DNA of 51,581 nucleotides, taken from positions 1 to 51,581 of the forward strand of contig JAWAFI010000004.1 in assembly GCA_038890615.1 (NCBI GenBank). Direction: 5' to 3'. Shown here piece by piece: positions 10,754 through 20,400 of this stretch. The notes below the pieces were generated by a model that ran no database searches, had not been told where the DNA came from, and saw only the letters and a program-made list of their open reading frames with translations. Source of the stretch: Candidatus Anstonellales archaeon (GTDB lineage Archaea; Micrarchaeota; Micrarchaeia; Anstonellales; J096). The first letter of the stretch is position 1; each line of letters starts with the position of its first letter. Made by a program: the position numbers and the translations under genes.

Positions 10754-12237
10754 TCATCCCACTCCTTCTTTACACCCAATTCTCCTGCTATTGCTTCAAC
10801 ATCATCCGCATCTGCTTCCCCTGTGGTTATTTGAGCATACAGCGCCATATTCTTTACAAGGGAGGCAGAAGGTCCTTCTGGCGTTTCGCTTGGGCATATC
10901 TTCCCCCAATGGGTGCCGTGAAGGTCCCTTGCCTTGAAATGCGGGTGCTTCTTTGAAAGCGGTGAAATAATCCTCCTAAGATGGGAAAGGGTGCTCATGT
11001 AGCTTACCCTGTCAAGCAGCTGGCTTATCCCTGTTTGGCCGGCAACCCAGTTTCCTGTTGCCATTGCGTACCTAATCCTGTCTGAGAATGTGTTTTGCCT
11101 TACTAGCGTTGGCACGCTAAGCTTCCTTCCTCTTGCCTCTGCCCTGCTTGCCTGGTAAATTATGTCCCTTATTAAGTATTGCAATGCATACCTGAAGAGC
11201 TCTTCCATAAGCATGCCTGCGAGCTTTACCCTTTTGTTCCCATAGTGGTCTCTGTCGTCTGCTTTCATCTTCCCATAGGCAAGCTTCCCAACCCTTTCAG
11301 CCATCCTCATTAGGTAAAGGGCTTTTGCCTTCCTGTCCTTTTCCTCAATTCCTAAGTGTGGAAGTAGGTAGTTGTTGATTACAAGCTCATACCTTTTCAT
11401 CCTGTATTCCTCTGGCTGGCCAGGCGAAAGCCTCTTTGAAAGGTTCTCTATTACCTCATCCTTGCCCATGTTCTCAAACGGCTCCATGTTCAGGAGCATG
11501 TCGTTTATGAATTCCTTATCTTTTTGAGGCAAGGACTCAATGAACTTTTCGTCGTTTTGGTAGCTCAGCGCCTTAACAAGGAGCACAAGCGGGACTTCCT
11601 TGAGCAATGATGGAAAATCAACAGTGTAAAAGCCCTCCTTGTTCCTCCTTACTACGCACTTTGCCCTGAAGCCTTCCCTAAGTGAAAGGACCCTTGCCTC
11701 TGTTTTTTCTGTTTCTTTGCTTAAAAGCACCTTGTTTGGCACCAGATCCTCGACGCTGACCAGCACCCTTTCGCTGCCATTGATTACGAAATAACCTCCA
11801 GGGTCATCAGGGTCTTCGCCTGCTTTTATTAGTTCCTCCCTTGTCTTGCCAAACAATAGACAAAGCTTTGATTTGACCATTACTGGGATCTCCCCAATGA
11901 AAACATCATGGGGCACATGGGTCAGCTCAACGCCGTTTATTACCCCTGCCATCTTCAGGAAAACAGGGGCGGTATAGCTTAAGTTCCTCCACTTTGCTTC
12001 CATGGGAAGTATCTCCCTGTATCCACCCTTGACTTCATAATGCCTTGGGTTTGCAACCCTGACATCTTTTATGTGTATCTCGAACCCCTCAACATTTGTC
12101 TTTATTACTGAAGAGGATGCAACAACCTCCTTTATCTTCCTCTCAACAAAAAGGTTGTATGAGTCAATCTGCTGCTTCACCAAACTATTCTCGTCGAAAT
12201 AAGCTTTCATGAGCGCTTCGTATGCCTTGTTTTCCAT
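10750..12237 (-). CDS. rpoB2: DNA-directed RNA polymerase subunit B'' (Rpo2N)
   Basis: DPGGYFVINGSERV, DDRDHYGNKR, ARDLHGTHWGKICPSETPEG. Confidence 0.98.
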   Translation of the reverse strand: MENKAYEALMKAYFDENSLVKQQIDSYNLFVERKIKEVVASSSVIKTNVEGFEIHIKDVRVANPRHYEVKGGYREILPMEAKWRNLSYTAPVFLKMAGVINGVELTHVPHDVFIGEIPVMVKSKLCLLFGKTREELIKAGEDPDDPGGYFVINGSERVLVSVEDLVPNKVLLSKETEKTEARVLSLREGFRAKCVVRRNKEGFYTVDFPSLLKEVPLVLLVKALSYQNDEKFIESLPQKDKEFINDMLLNMEPFENMGKDEVIENLSKRLSPGQPEEYRMKRYELVINNYLLPHLGIEEKDRKAKALYLMRMAERVGKLAYGKMKADDRDHYGNKRVKLAGMLMEELFRYALQYLIRDIIYQASRAEARGRKLSVPTLVRQNTFSDRIRYAMATGNWVAGQTGISQLLDRVSYMSTLSHLRRIISPLSKKHPHFKARDLHGTHWGKICPSETPEGPSASLVKNMALYAQITTGEADADDVEAIAGELGVKKEWDE

Positions 12238-12246
12238 TAAACCACC

Positions 12247-12492
12247 TTAAACTACAATCCTGTAGTAAACGTATGAGCCAGTTGGGTCCTTCCTCTTGAT
12301 CTCAATTATATCCCCCACCTTAGCCCCCAGTGCCTTGGCAGCCGGGTCCTTTTCAAGCATTTTCGGAAGCTGGCTCTCGCTGGCCTTGAGCTTCTTAAGC
12401 GCCTCTTCCCTCTCCCCTTTGGAAAGTACTTTCATTTTAGGAGTCAGGAAATGCTCTAGCGGATTAATGGCTGCTGGCTTCTCTTTGCTCAT
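12247..12492 (-). CDS. rpoH: DNA-directed RNA polymerase subunit H (Rpo5)
   Basis: HFLTPKM...QLPKM...DPAAKALGAKVGDIIEIKR...YYRIVV. Confidence 0.96.
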   Translation of the reverse strand: MSKEKPAAINPLEHFLTPKMKVLSKGEREEALKKLKASESQLPKMLEKDPAAKALGAKVGDIIEIKRKDPTGSYVYYRIVV

Positions 12493-12613
12493 CCCGTTCT
12501 TACTTCATTCTACCGAAAACTATTTAAATGTTTGCATTTTTGTTGGTTTTCACGACTTTTATGTTTTTTTCAAATACATAAACTATTTTAAGCTTTCTTT
12601 ATGAACATCCTAT

Positions 12614-14305
12614 ATGAACACAAAGACTATTCCATCCATTCTAGTTTTTTTGGTTTTTCTTCAAACTATTGCCTATGCAGGCCAGCCAGACTTATATGGC
12701 AGTTGGCAGGCGGAGCCAGGAGGGCACAACAATGTAAGCTCAACCACAACAATCACAGCAACGGCTCACAATGGCGGGGATGCGCCTGCAGGGGCTTTCC
12801 ATGTTTCTATATACTATAAGACTTCATCCACAGGCTCTCCTATTTCCCTAAAAGAGTACGATATATCTTCCCTTGGTGCTGGCCAGAGTTATTCTACAAC
12901 AGCTACCTTTACCTGCAATTCAGAAGGCATTTTTTACATAGGCATGAAAGTAGATACCTATAACACTGTTGCTGAATCTGACGAGAATAACAATGTCGCT
13001 GAATACGCTTATGGCTGCTGGTACCCAAAGCCCAACCTTAAGGCTTCAATCAGTTCCTACCCCAATTCTGCATGCTATGGGAAGGCGATTAATATTGCTA
13101 TAATCACATCAAATGAAGGTGAAATAACAGCTAATTCATCCATTACGCAGCTTACTCAAAAAGTTTCTGGCTCAACATCTGAGCTTGCCCTATTCAACAT
13201 CCCTTCGCTTCAGCCAGGCTCAACCCATACCTCAAGCTATTCCTACATTTGCAATTTCACTGCCAACTCTACATCTATTCAGCTGACAGCTTTTGCTGAT
13301 TACAACAACAGCGTGAATGAATCAAGCGAAGGCGACAATAAGAATAGCATATATGTTTTTTGCCACGGGCCGCAATCATCTGCTTGCGCACAGCCTCCAA
13401 GCAACTACTCGTGCTCTATTTCCCCATCTTCTGCAACCATTACTTTCACAGGCTCGCAGAGCTTTACAATAAACTGCTTCTCAAACAACACCACCATAAA
13501 CTGCTCAAACATAACCTCCTCCTTCTCTATATCAGCCCCTTCATTCATCTCCATAAACCAAACCTCCTCGGCTTCATTCATTGCAAAGCCGACCTCAACA
13601 GCGCAGGGGGGCAACGCAGGCATAATTACAGCAACTGCAACTCTCTCGAATGGCTCCTCAATAAACTGCTCAGCGCAAATCGCAATAGCAGACACTGTAA
13701 ATGCCTCATGCAGGCTTCCTTCTATCATCACATTGCCAATAAATACCACTGTAAGAGTAAATGTAGCGTGCTTCAACGGCTCTCAGGCTATCAACTGCAC
13801 CTCTTTGCTTCTCCAGCCATTTGAATGGAGCATCTGGCCAACTTCCTCGCCTTATATAACAATAGCCTACCTTGACTCTTATAGAACATCAGCAAACATA
13901 ACCGCTGTCCAGCCTGATCCAAACAAATCCTTGTTAGTTTTAGGAAAGGATTTAGACAACAACGCATTTGCATGCGCTTCGAACATAACCTTCAGCCAAA
14001 CACTACTTGAAAAATGCCTGATACTGCCTGTTGAGGTTATAACAGGGCCTGTGGGTACTGCCATACCATCAGTGAAGTATGAAGCAAGGTGCATAGACTT
14101 CTCCTCAAATTCCTTACAGCAGTGCAGGGAGCCGCACCTATTAAGGGTTATAGGTTTAGAGGCCTCTCCCTCTCCTTCCATTTCGCTTTCCCTTGCCATG
14201 CCTTCTCAGCCACCTTACGCTGGCTTCCTCATAGTTTCTGAAGATGGGCAATGCTCAAGCTTCTTCCATGTGCTTCTTATGAGCCCCATAAGGTATAGGC
14301 AATAA
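12614..14305 (+). CDS. Secreted protein with two CARDB (cell-adhesion Ig-like) domains and three Cys-rich Ig-like modules
   Basis: Signal peptide (MNTKTIPSILVFLVFLQTIAYA); CARDB ends VDTYNTVAESDENNN and ADYNNSVNESSEGDN; many N-x-S/T sequons. Confidence 0.8.
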   Translation: MNTKTIPSILVFLVFLQTIAYAGQPDLYGSWQAEPGGHNNVSSTTTITATAHNGGDAPAGAFHVSIYYKTSSTGSPISLKEYDISSLGAGQSYSTTATFTCNSEGIFYIGMKVDTYNTVAESDENNNVAEYAYGCWYPKPNLKASISSYPNSACYGKAINIAIITSNEGEITANSSITQLTQKVSGSTSELALFNIPSLQPGSTHTSSYSYICNFTANSTSIQLTAFADYNNSVNESSEGDNKNSIYVFCHGPQSSACAQPPSNYSCSISPSSATITFTGSQSFTINCFSNNTTINCSNITSSFSISAPSFISINQTSSASFIAKPTSTAQGGNAGIITATATLSNGSSINCSAQIAIADTVNASCRLPSIITLPINTTVRVNVACFNGSQAINCTSLLLQPFEWSIWPTSSPYITIAYLDSYRTSANITAVQPDPNKSLLVLGKDLDNNAFACASNITFSQTLLEKCLILPVEVITGPVGTAIPSVKYEARCIDFSSNSLQQCREPHLLRVIGLEASPSPSISLSLAMPSQPPYAGFLIVSEDGQCSSFFHVLLMSPIRYRQ

Positions 14306-14386
14306 AATTTGCCTAAACATGCAAAAGTGCCCAAAAACAAACATTTAAAAGCACTTTATAGCACTATTATATTAGGTGAAAATGAT

Positions 14387-17300
14387 ATGTGCGCACAGGC
14401 TTTAATGCAGGAGGAGCCAGATGTTGTTAATAAAAACAACAAAGAAACAATAGATGGAGCTATTAAGAAAGTTAAGGACGGTTTTAGGATTTTGGATAAA
14501 TATCTTCCACAGACAGAGGATAACCCTCTTTTGAATTACGCCTTGGGGCCTCTTAAAGATCTTAAACCCGAAGAACCAGGCACGTTTCAATATTACACAT
14601 TAGGTTATTCCACAGATTTCTCTAAAAACCCTTCGCTAGCCCTAAACAACCCGCTAACGGTCTTGGAATATTTGAGGAGGGTGATGGATGAGCATTTAAA
14701 AACTCTTAAGGAAATAAGAACCATCCAAGGCTTTGAGAAAAACCTTACTATATGGGTTGGGGGAAAAGATGATCCTTATTCTAAGAACCTGGAACTTTAC
14801 TCTAAAATTTTTATGGATAATAAGGAAGCATTAAAAGAGAAAATAAAACAAGCCAAAAAATCAGCAACCGGCAACACTAAATTGGCCTTTGATGCAGTTG
14901 AAGCCTCAGCAAAAGCAATTTCAGAGAAAAACCCGAATCTGAAAGAAGAGGATGTTGAGGCAGCAATATGGTTCCAATTGCTAAAAAGGAACGGAGGGTT
15001 CTCAGCAAAGGAAGGGGAGGACAAGGAAGTAATTGAAAAAAGAGTTCTGTATTGTTTCGAAGGTTTAGTTAAAGGGATGAATGAAGGGTGGGCATTCAAC
15101 ACTGTGTATGGCGGAAATGTCAATCAAATAAAGAAAGAACTTACTTCAACGATGCTTAGTTATTTGATATCGGATGAACGACTTAGGCAGGAAGTTTCTA
15201 AAAACCTGAAAGAAAAGGAAGTTCTTGCATTAGTTGTTAAGGATGTTACTGTAAACAAAGACGGCTCCTTCACTTATACAGTAACAGGAGTCATTTTCAA
15301 GGATGAAGAGAATGGTGGCTTAAAAGCTTACCTTTTCGATGAAGGAAAAACAATGGAATTTACGGCTAAAGAAGTTGGTGGGGTTAAGCCTTCTTATTCT
15401 TCATTTGGGTTTGGCCAGCTTTCGCCAATGTATGTGCACTCTATTTACTATTTGATTATGGACCAGATTATCCTGCATGCAAATTTAAAGACAAAAGGAG
15501 AAATTGCACCACCTCCTGCACCTCCTCAAACTCAGGAAATTCCAAAAAAAATGACATCCTTGAACCTTGAACGTGCTAAGCCAAGGGTGCCCAACACCGC
15601 ATTTACTGAGCATGAAGTTACTTGGTCATTAAAAGTTTCTGATAAAGGAGCTTCAGATAAGGCCGAAGAAGACCAAATGCTCAAAACAGCCTTGAACTTT
15701 TTCATGACAAACGGAATAACTATTTCAGTTTTTCATGGAACAGAGAAGAGTAAAGAGCAGAAGCCCGGAAAGAGAGAAGACATACAGATTGGCGGCGAGG
15801 CGCAGAAGGGAATAAACCAGATTAATTTGACTGAAGAACAGAAGAAAGCCCTTTTAGAGGGGCATCATGTAAAAGTCACAATATGGAAAAGGGAGTTTGC
15901 GGGCGTTGACTGGCTTCTTAAGGATGCAAAGGCTGAATTATGGCTTACAGAAAGGAATGGCGAGGTAATGCTACACATTAGGACGAAGGTGCCCCTACTG
16001 GGAAAGAATAAAGTGATGACTACTTATACTATACCTGATAACCTTAAATCAGCTAATGTAAATGCCAACGAGCAATATAAACTGCCTCTTGACGAGAAGG
16101 GCAAGCCGATAAACTCCTTGCAAGTAGACCAGTACGCATTCAGGCAGACCATTGAAGTCCAAAAGGTTTTAGTGAATAACGAACAAATAAAATTAGGGGA
16201 AAACAATGCGCTCATTCAACTTTACCAGGGGCTTGGCATCATTGATCAAAGTACTGGCGAGCTTACAGATGAGGCTAAAAAATACATACAGCAATTTACT
16301 AACGACCTCTTTATGGTCCTTGTTCTTCCCGGAGACAGCCCGGGCAGGAAAAAAGCTGCATATGATTTGCTCACCCTCTTAAACACCTATGAATCTTTGA
16401 AGAAAAATTTTGCTATAACAATCGGTGTTGGAGAAAATGTATTAATGGATAAACTAACGAATCTCTATGAGGGTGACTACAAGCAGTGGGACTCTTTTGT
16501 AGAAGGAAACAATTCTTTGAAAACGATAAGAGATAATTGGCAGACTTCTTTAAATCAGCAACTTGGGGAAGGTCGTCAATTATTAGAAGTTTATCTCCCT
16601 GTTTTAGACGTAAAATTAGCCGCAGGGTCTGTGTATTTGGACAAAAACAAATCTTTGAGGCTTAGCGGAACAATGGGATTGATGTTTCTTGACAAGCTAG
16701 GCTATGAACTCTATTACGATCCACAAGAGGGGCTCACAATAAAAACTAAAAAAGACAGGATTGAGAAGCTCTATGCCACCGTGGAACTTACCAAGGAAGG
16801 AGCTTCGGGAACTGTGTCAGTTAGCATTGGCACAGATCCATCAAGCAGATTCGGAAAGAAATACTGCTCAGCCAAATTCCAGACAGCGCAAATTGGCGTA
16901 GGCGGGGTTTATGGGAGTCTTGGAGGGGAAGTAACTCACTCATTAAAAACAAATGAAACCATCTTATCTTTCATGTTTCCATTGGTTTTCCCAGTGAGCG
17001 ATTCAGTAAACATTTCAGTGACTCCTTATAAATATAAAGTCTATAAAGGTGGCAAAGGCACCAAGGTAAGTGATTTTGGCATAGATATGGGTATTGAATT
17101 TTACAGCAATACTAGTGAGGGGGAAAATAAAAAGGTGGGCAGACTTACCTTTGGTTGGTTAAAGGGGCCTACTGACATAGCCACTTTACCAACCTTCAAT
17201 CTCAACATACGAGATGCGAATGACAATCTGCTGAGCTATCCACAAACACCAATACCATTCACTGATATAAAAGGAGAAATCATTAAAGGCAAGGAGTTAG

Positions 17301-17410
17301 AGAGGTTTGTGATTGGTTGGGAAGCGGAGAATTGGTTTATAAAAGTTTGGAGATATTTGATTGGCAAAGGAAAATGGGGATTAGGTTTAGGTTTTTATGG
17401 TGAGCTTTGA
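14387..17410 (+). CDS. Large hypothetical protein (~1007 aa) with a beta-strand-rich, barrel-like C-terminal region
   Basis: Long ORF. ATG at 14387 is preceded by the SD-like AGGTGA (the track start, TTG 14309, is less likely). Pro linker APPPAPPQ; ends WGLGLGFYGEL. Confidence 0.8.
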   Translation: MCAQALMQEEPDVVNKNNKETIDGAIKKVKDGFRILDKYLPQTEDNPLLNYALGPLKDLKPEEPGTFQYYTLGYSTDFSKNPSLALNNPLTVLEYLRRVMDEHLKTLKEIRTIQGFEKNLTIWVGGKDDPYSKNLELYSKIFMDNKEALKEKIKQAKKSATGNTKLAFDAVEASAKAISEKNPNLKEEDVEAAIWFQLLKRNGGFSAKEGEDKEVIEKRVLYCFEGLVKGMNEGWAFNTVYGGNVNQIKKELTSTMLSYLISDERLRQEVSKNLKEKEVLALVVKDVTVNKDGSFTYTVTGVIFKDEENGGLKAYLFDEGKTMEFTAKEVGGVKPSYSSFGFGQLSPMYVHSIYYLIMDQIILHANLKTKGEIAPPPAPPQTQEIPKKMTSLNLERAKPRVPNTAFTEHEVTWSLKVSDKGASDKAEEDQMLKTALNFFMTNGITISVFHGTEKSKEQKPGKREDIQIGGEAQKGINQINLTEEQKKALLEGHHVKVTIWKREFAGVDWLLKDAKAELWLTERNGEVMLHIRTKVPLLGKNKVMTTYTIPDNLKSANVNANEQYKLPLDEKGKPINSLQVDQYAFRQTIEVQKVLVNNEQIKLGENNALIQLYQGLGIIDQSTGELTDEAKKYIQQFTNDLFMVLVLPGDSPGRKKAAYDLLTLLNTYESLKKNFAITIGVGENVLMDKLTNLYEGDYKQWDSFVEGNNSLKTIRDNWQTSLNQQLGEGRQLLEVYLPVLDVKLAAGSVYLDKNKSLRLSGTMGLMFLDKLGYELYYDPQEGLTIKTKKDRIEKLYATVELTKEGASGTVSVSIGTDPSSRFGKKYCSAKFQTAQIGVGGVYGSLGGEVTHSLKTNETILSFMFPLVFPVSDSVNISVTPYKYKVYKGGKGTKVSDFGIDMGIEFYSNTSEGENKKVGRLTFGWLKGPTDIATLPTFNLNIRDANDNLLSYPQTPIPFTDIKGEIIKGKELERFVIGWEAENWFIKVWRYLIGKGKWGLGLGFYGEL

Positions 17411-17422
17411 AAGGTGTGAAAA

Positions 17423-20400
17423 ATGAGAAAAAACATATGGTTTTTGGCCCTCTTCCTTTTTTCCCTAGCATATGCAGCAGTGCCTCTATCTAGCTCTGGG
17501 TCATTCAGCCTCTATTACCCAAGTTGCTCCTACAACTTCTTGAAAGTAAGTGGAAACTATGAGCTCCAATGCACGATGAAGTATTCTACTACAGGAATTT
17601 CGCTTACTGGCAACGCCGAGGATATAAACAACAACGACTATGTTTGCCCTGGCTCCCTTACTGCTGCCTGCTCTGGTTCTGTGAGCTTATACAATTTGGA
17701 ATCCTTTCTCCCAACATTGCCTCCTTCAGGCTCAACGCCTACCTGCACTCCTTCTATGTCAAGCAAAGGCTCTGTATGCCCATCAATAAGCACAAGCACT
17801 TACAATTCCTACTACATGACGTATTACTCCTCAAGCAGCGTAGGTTCTTCGTTCTACATGCCAGCAGACCTTTATGTTTATGTATCTTCTTCTTCCCCAA
17901 GTTGCACTAATTATAAGAGCCCTTCAGGAGCCCTTCTAAAAGAAGTAGTCATTTCAGTCAAGAAGAATGGGCAGACCTACAGCACAGTTGTTTCAGAATT
18001 GGGAGGGTGCGCTCAAGGCACTGCCACTTTTGGTATTGGAAATGGAAACAATGGGGAAACAATCCAGCTAACAGACCACAAGTTTCAAGTTAATGGCCTT
18101 CTCATAAATGGTGAAGACAGCTATGGCAACTATTTTTACCACAGCAGCACCCAGTGCGGCTCTTACAGCCAGTTCAGCAAATCAGCCTCTTCTGCTTCTA
18201 CATTGACTTTCCGTGTAGTAGACCAGCGCAATGTTTATGGTCCAAATGGGGATGTGACAGTTTGGGCAGAGCCATCTCCTATAACTTTTGATTCAAACAA
18301 GCAGGCCGCAGTAAGTATTAAGGGCAGAATAACTGACGCGTATGTTCCTGTAATTGTTAATGTATCTGTTATTACTCCTAATATACAGGTTATTAGCGTC
18401 GAAAACAACAACCAAATATGGTCTCCTGACAACAACCATGTAATAAATTTCCATGTTGATTATGTAATTGCTTACACAGGCTCTTCCCCACCTTCAGAAG
18501 TAAAGTTCAAGGTTGACATAAAAACAGTAAGGGAGGTTTGCACAGGCTATCCTGCTACTTATTCAACTGTAGTCACTGTGCCTGTAACCCCGCCGTCCAA
18601 CCCAGTAGCAACATGCATATTGAACATAAACTACTGGAACAATGGGCAGGCCGGCCCTTCAGCAAATCCCTCTTCATTAGCAGAGGATCAGCAGTATGTA
18701 ATTTGGGCCCAATGCAAGGATTCAAATGGCAATTTAGTTGGCCAGGATGGAAACTGCAACGGCTATCTATCTGGCAACGGCTTCTCTTGGAGCGTAACCC
18801 CATCTTTCAATCCCTTTGATATAAGCTGCGTAAACAACAGGTGCAGAGGCATATATCCCCGAACATGCCCTCTTTCAGGCTCAGCAACAGCAACTGCTAC
18901 AACCACAGACAGCAGGCAGATACAGTGCTCAACGAACCTGCAGGTTACTGGCTGCGCCTCGCATACGCTTACCTGCTCTGTTTCTCCTCAGACAGCTAAC
19001 ATATATGTTGGCCAGACGCAGCAGTTCACAAGGACATGCCTTTATGATGGAGCTTCTGTAGATTGCTCAGGCACCTGGAGCCTTTCAAACCCATCAGATT
19101 TCTCAATTGTTTCTCAGAACAGCCAGCAGGCGGTTGTTCTCGCAAATGACGATGGGACTACTTCAGTAATCTATTCAGGCTCTTACGCAGGGCTTACTAC
19201 CCAATGCTCGGCAACCTCGCTTACTGCAACCTACAACATAAACCCATCATGCACAATATCGCCCAACCCAGCCACAATAATTATACCCCCTGGTTCTACA
19301 ACCCTAACTGCAACATGCTTCAATTATTCAACCCAAGTGCCTTGCAGCTCTATTATAGAAGGGGATTACTTCCAATGGAGCGTGCAGAGCGGCTCTGCTT
19401 CTGTATCAAGGCAGGGCTCCTGGCCCTACGCCTCTGCTCTTCTCTCTGCCTCCAGCCCAACTTCAGGAAATGTTAGGGCAGTGGCAAGGGATCTTAATAA
19501 CAACCAATTCCAATGCACTGCATCCTACTCTGCAGCATACCAAACAGCCCCTTACTACTGCACTATTACTCTTTCCCCTCCAGTAATCTACTCAGGAAGC
19601 CAGAACAACAACGCAACAGTGCGTTGCTTCAACTCAACCTCAAACCAACAGGTAAGCTGCCAGAATGTTGTCACTAACTCATTCAGCTGGACGCGCAACC
19701 CAACAAGCGCCTTCAGCTATTGGGGAGTAAGCGGAGCTCTTAACCAGAACGCCACATTTGGCATATACCCAACATTCACAGGAGGCCCTGTGGTCATTAG
19801 CGCATCAGCGCCAACCAACTTCGGCTACAACCTTAACTGCAGCGTGCAGTTCATGGTGCAGCAGCAAACAACCGATTTTGCCTGCAGGATAATACCACAG
19901 GTAGTAAACCTGCCCCAGGGAAGCTCGCAGAACTTTAGCATAGAATGCTACAATTCCACAACAGGAAGCCCAATAAGCTGCACTAGTGCGGATTCTCCTT
20001 TTGCTTGGTCCTACAATCCTTCTGTATTCTCCTCTTTTGTGGTTTCAGGCCCATACAACATAAATGCTGCAACAACTGTTTCACCAACGGCTCCGCTAGG
20101 CGCAACAACAATAGGAGCCTCAACAACCTTCCAATCAATCCCAGTGCAGTGCACTGCATCCTTGGCAACAGTCGTGCCTCCTTTAACCACTGATTTTGCC
20201 TGCAGGGTGCTGCCTCCTTCAGTTGACTTGCCTCAGGGAGGCTCCCAAATTTTCAATGTACAATGCTACAATGCAACCACTGGAAGCCTAATAAGCTGCG
20301 GAGGGGCCGATAGGCCTTTCTCATGGACCTATTCCTCGGCTGTTTTCTCCTCATTCGTGGTCTCAGGCACAATGAACACAACTGCAAACACAACAATCTC

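Noticed and set aside
4674..12604. Numerous plus-strand ORFs across the rpo operon
   Set aside because: Antisense shadows of conserved genes.
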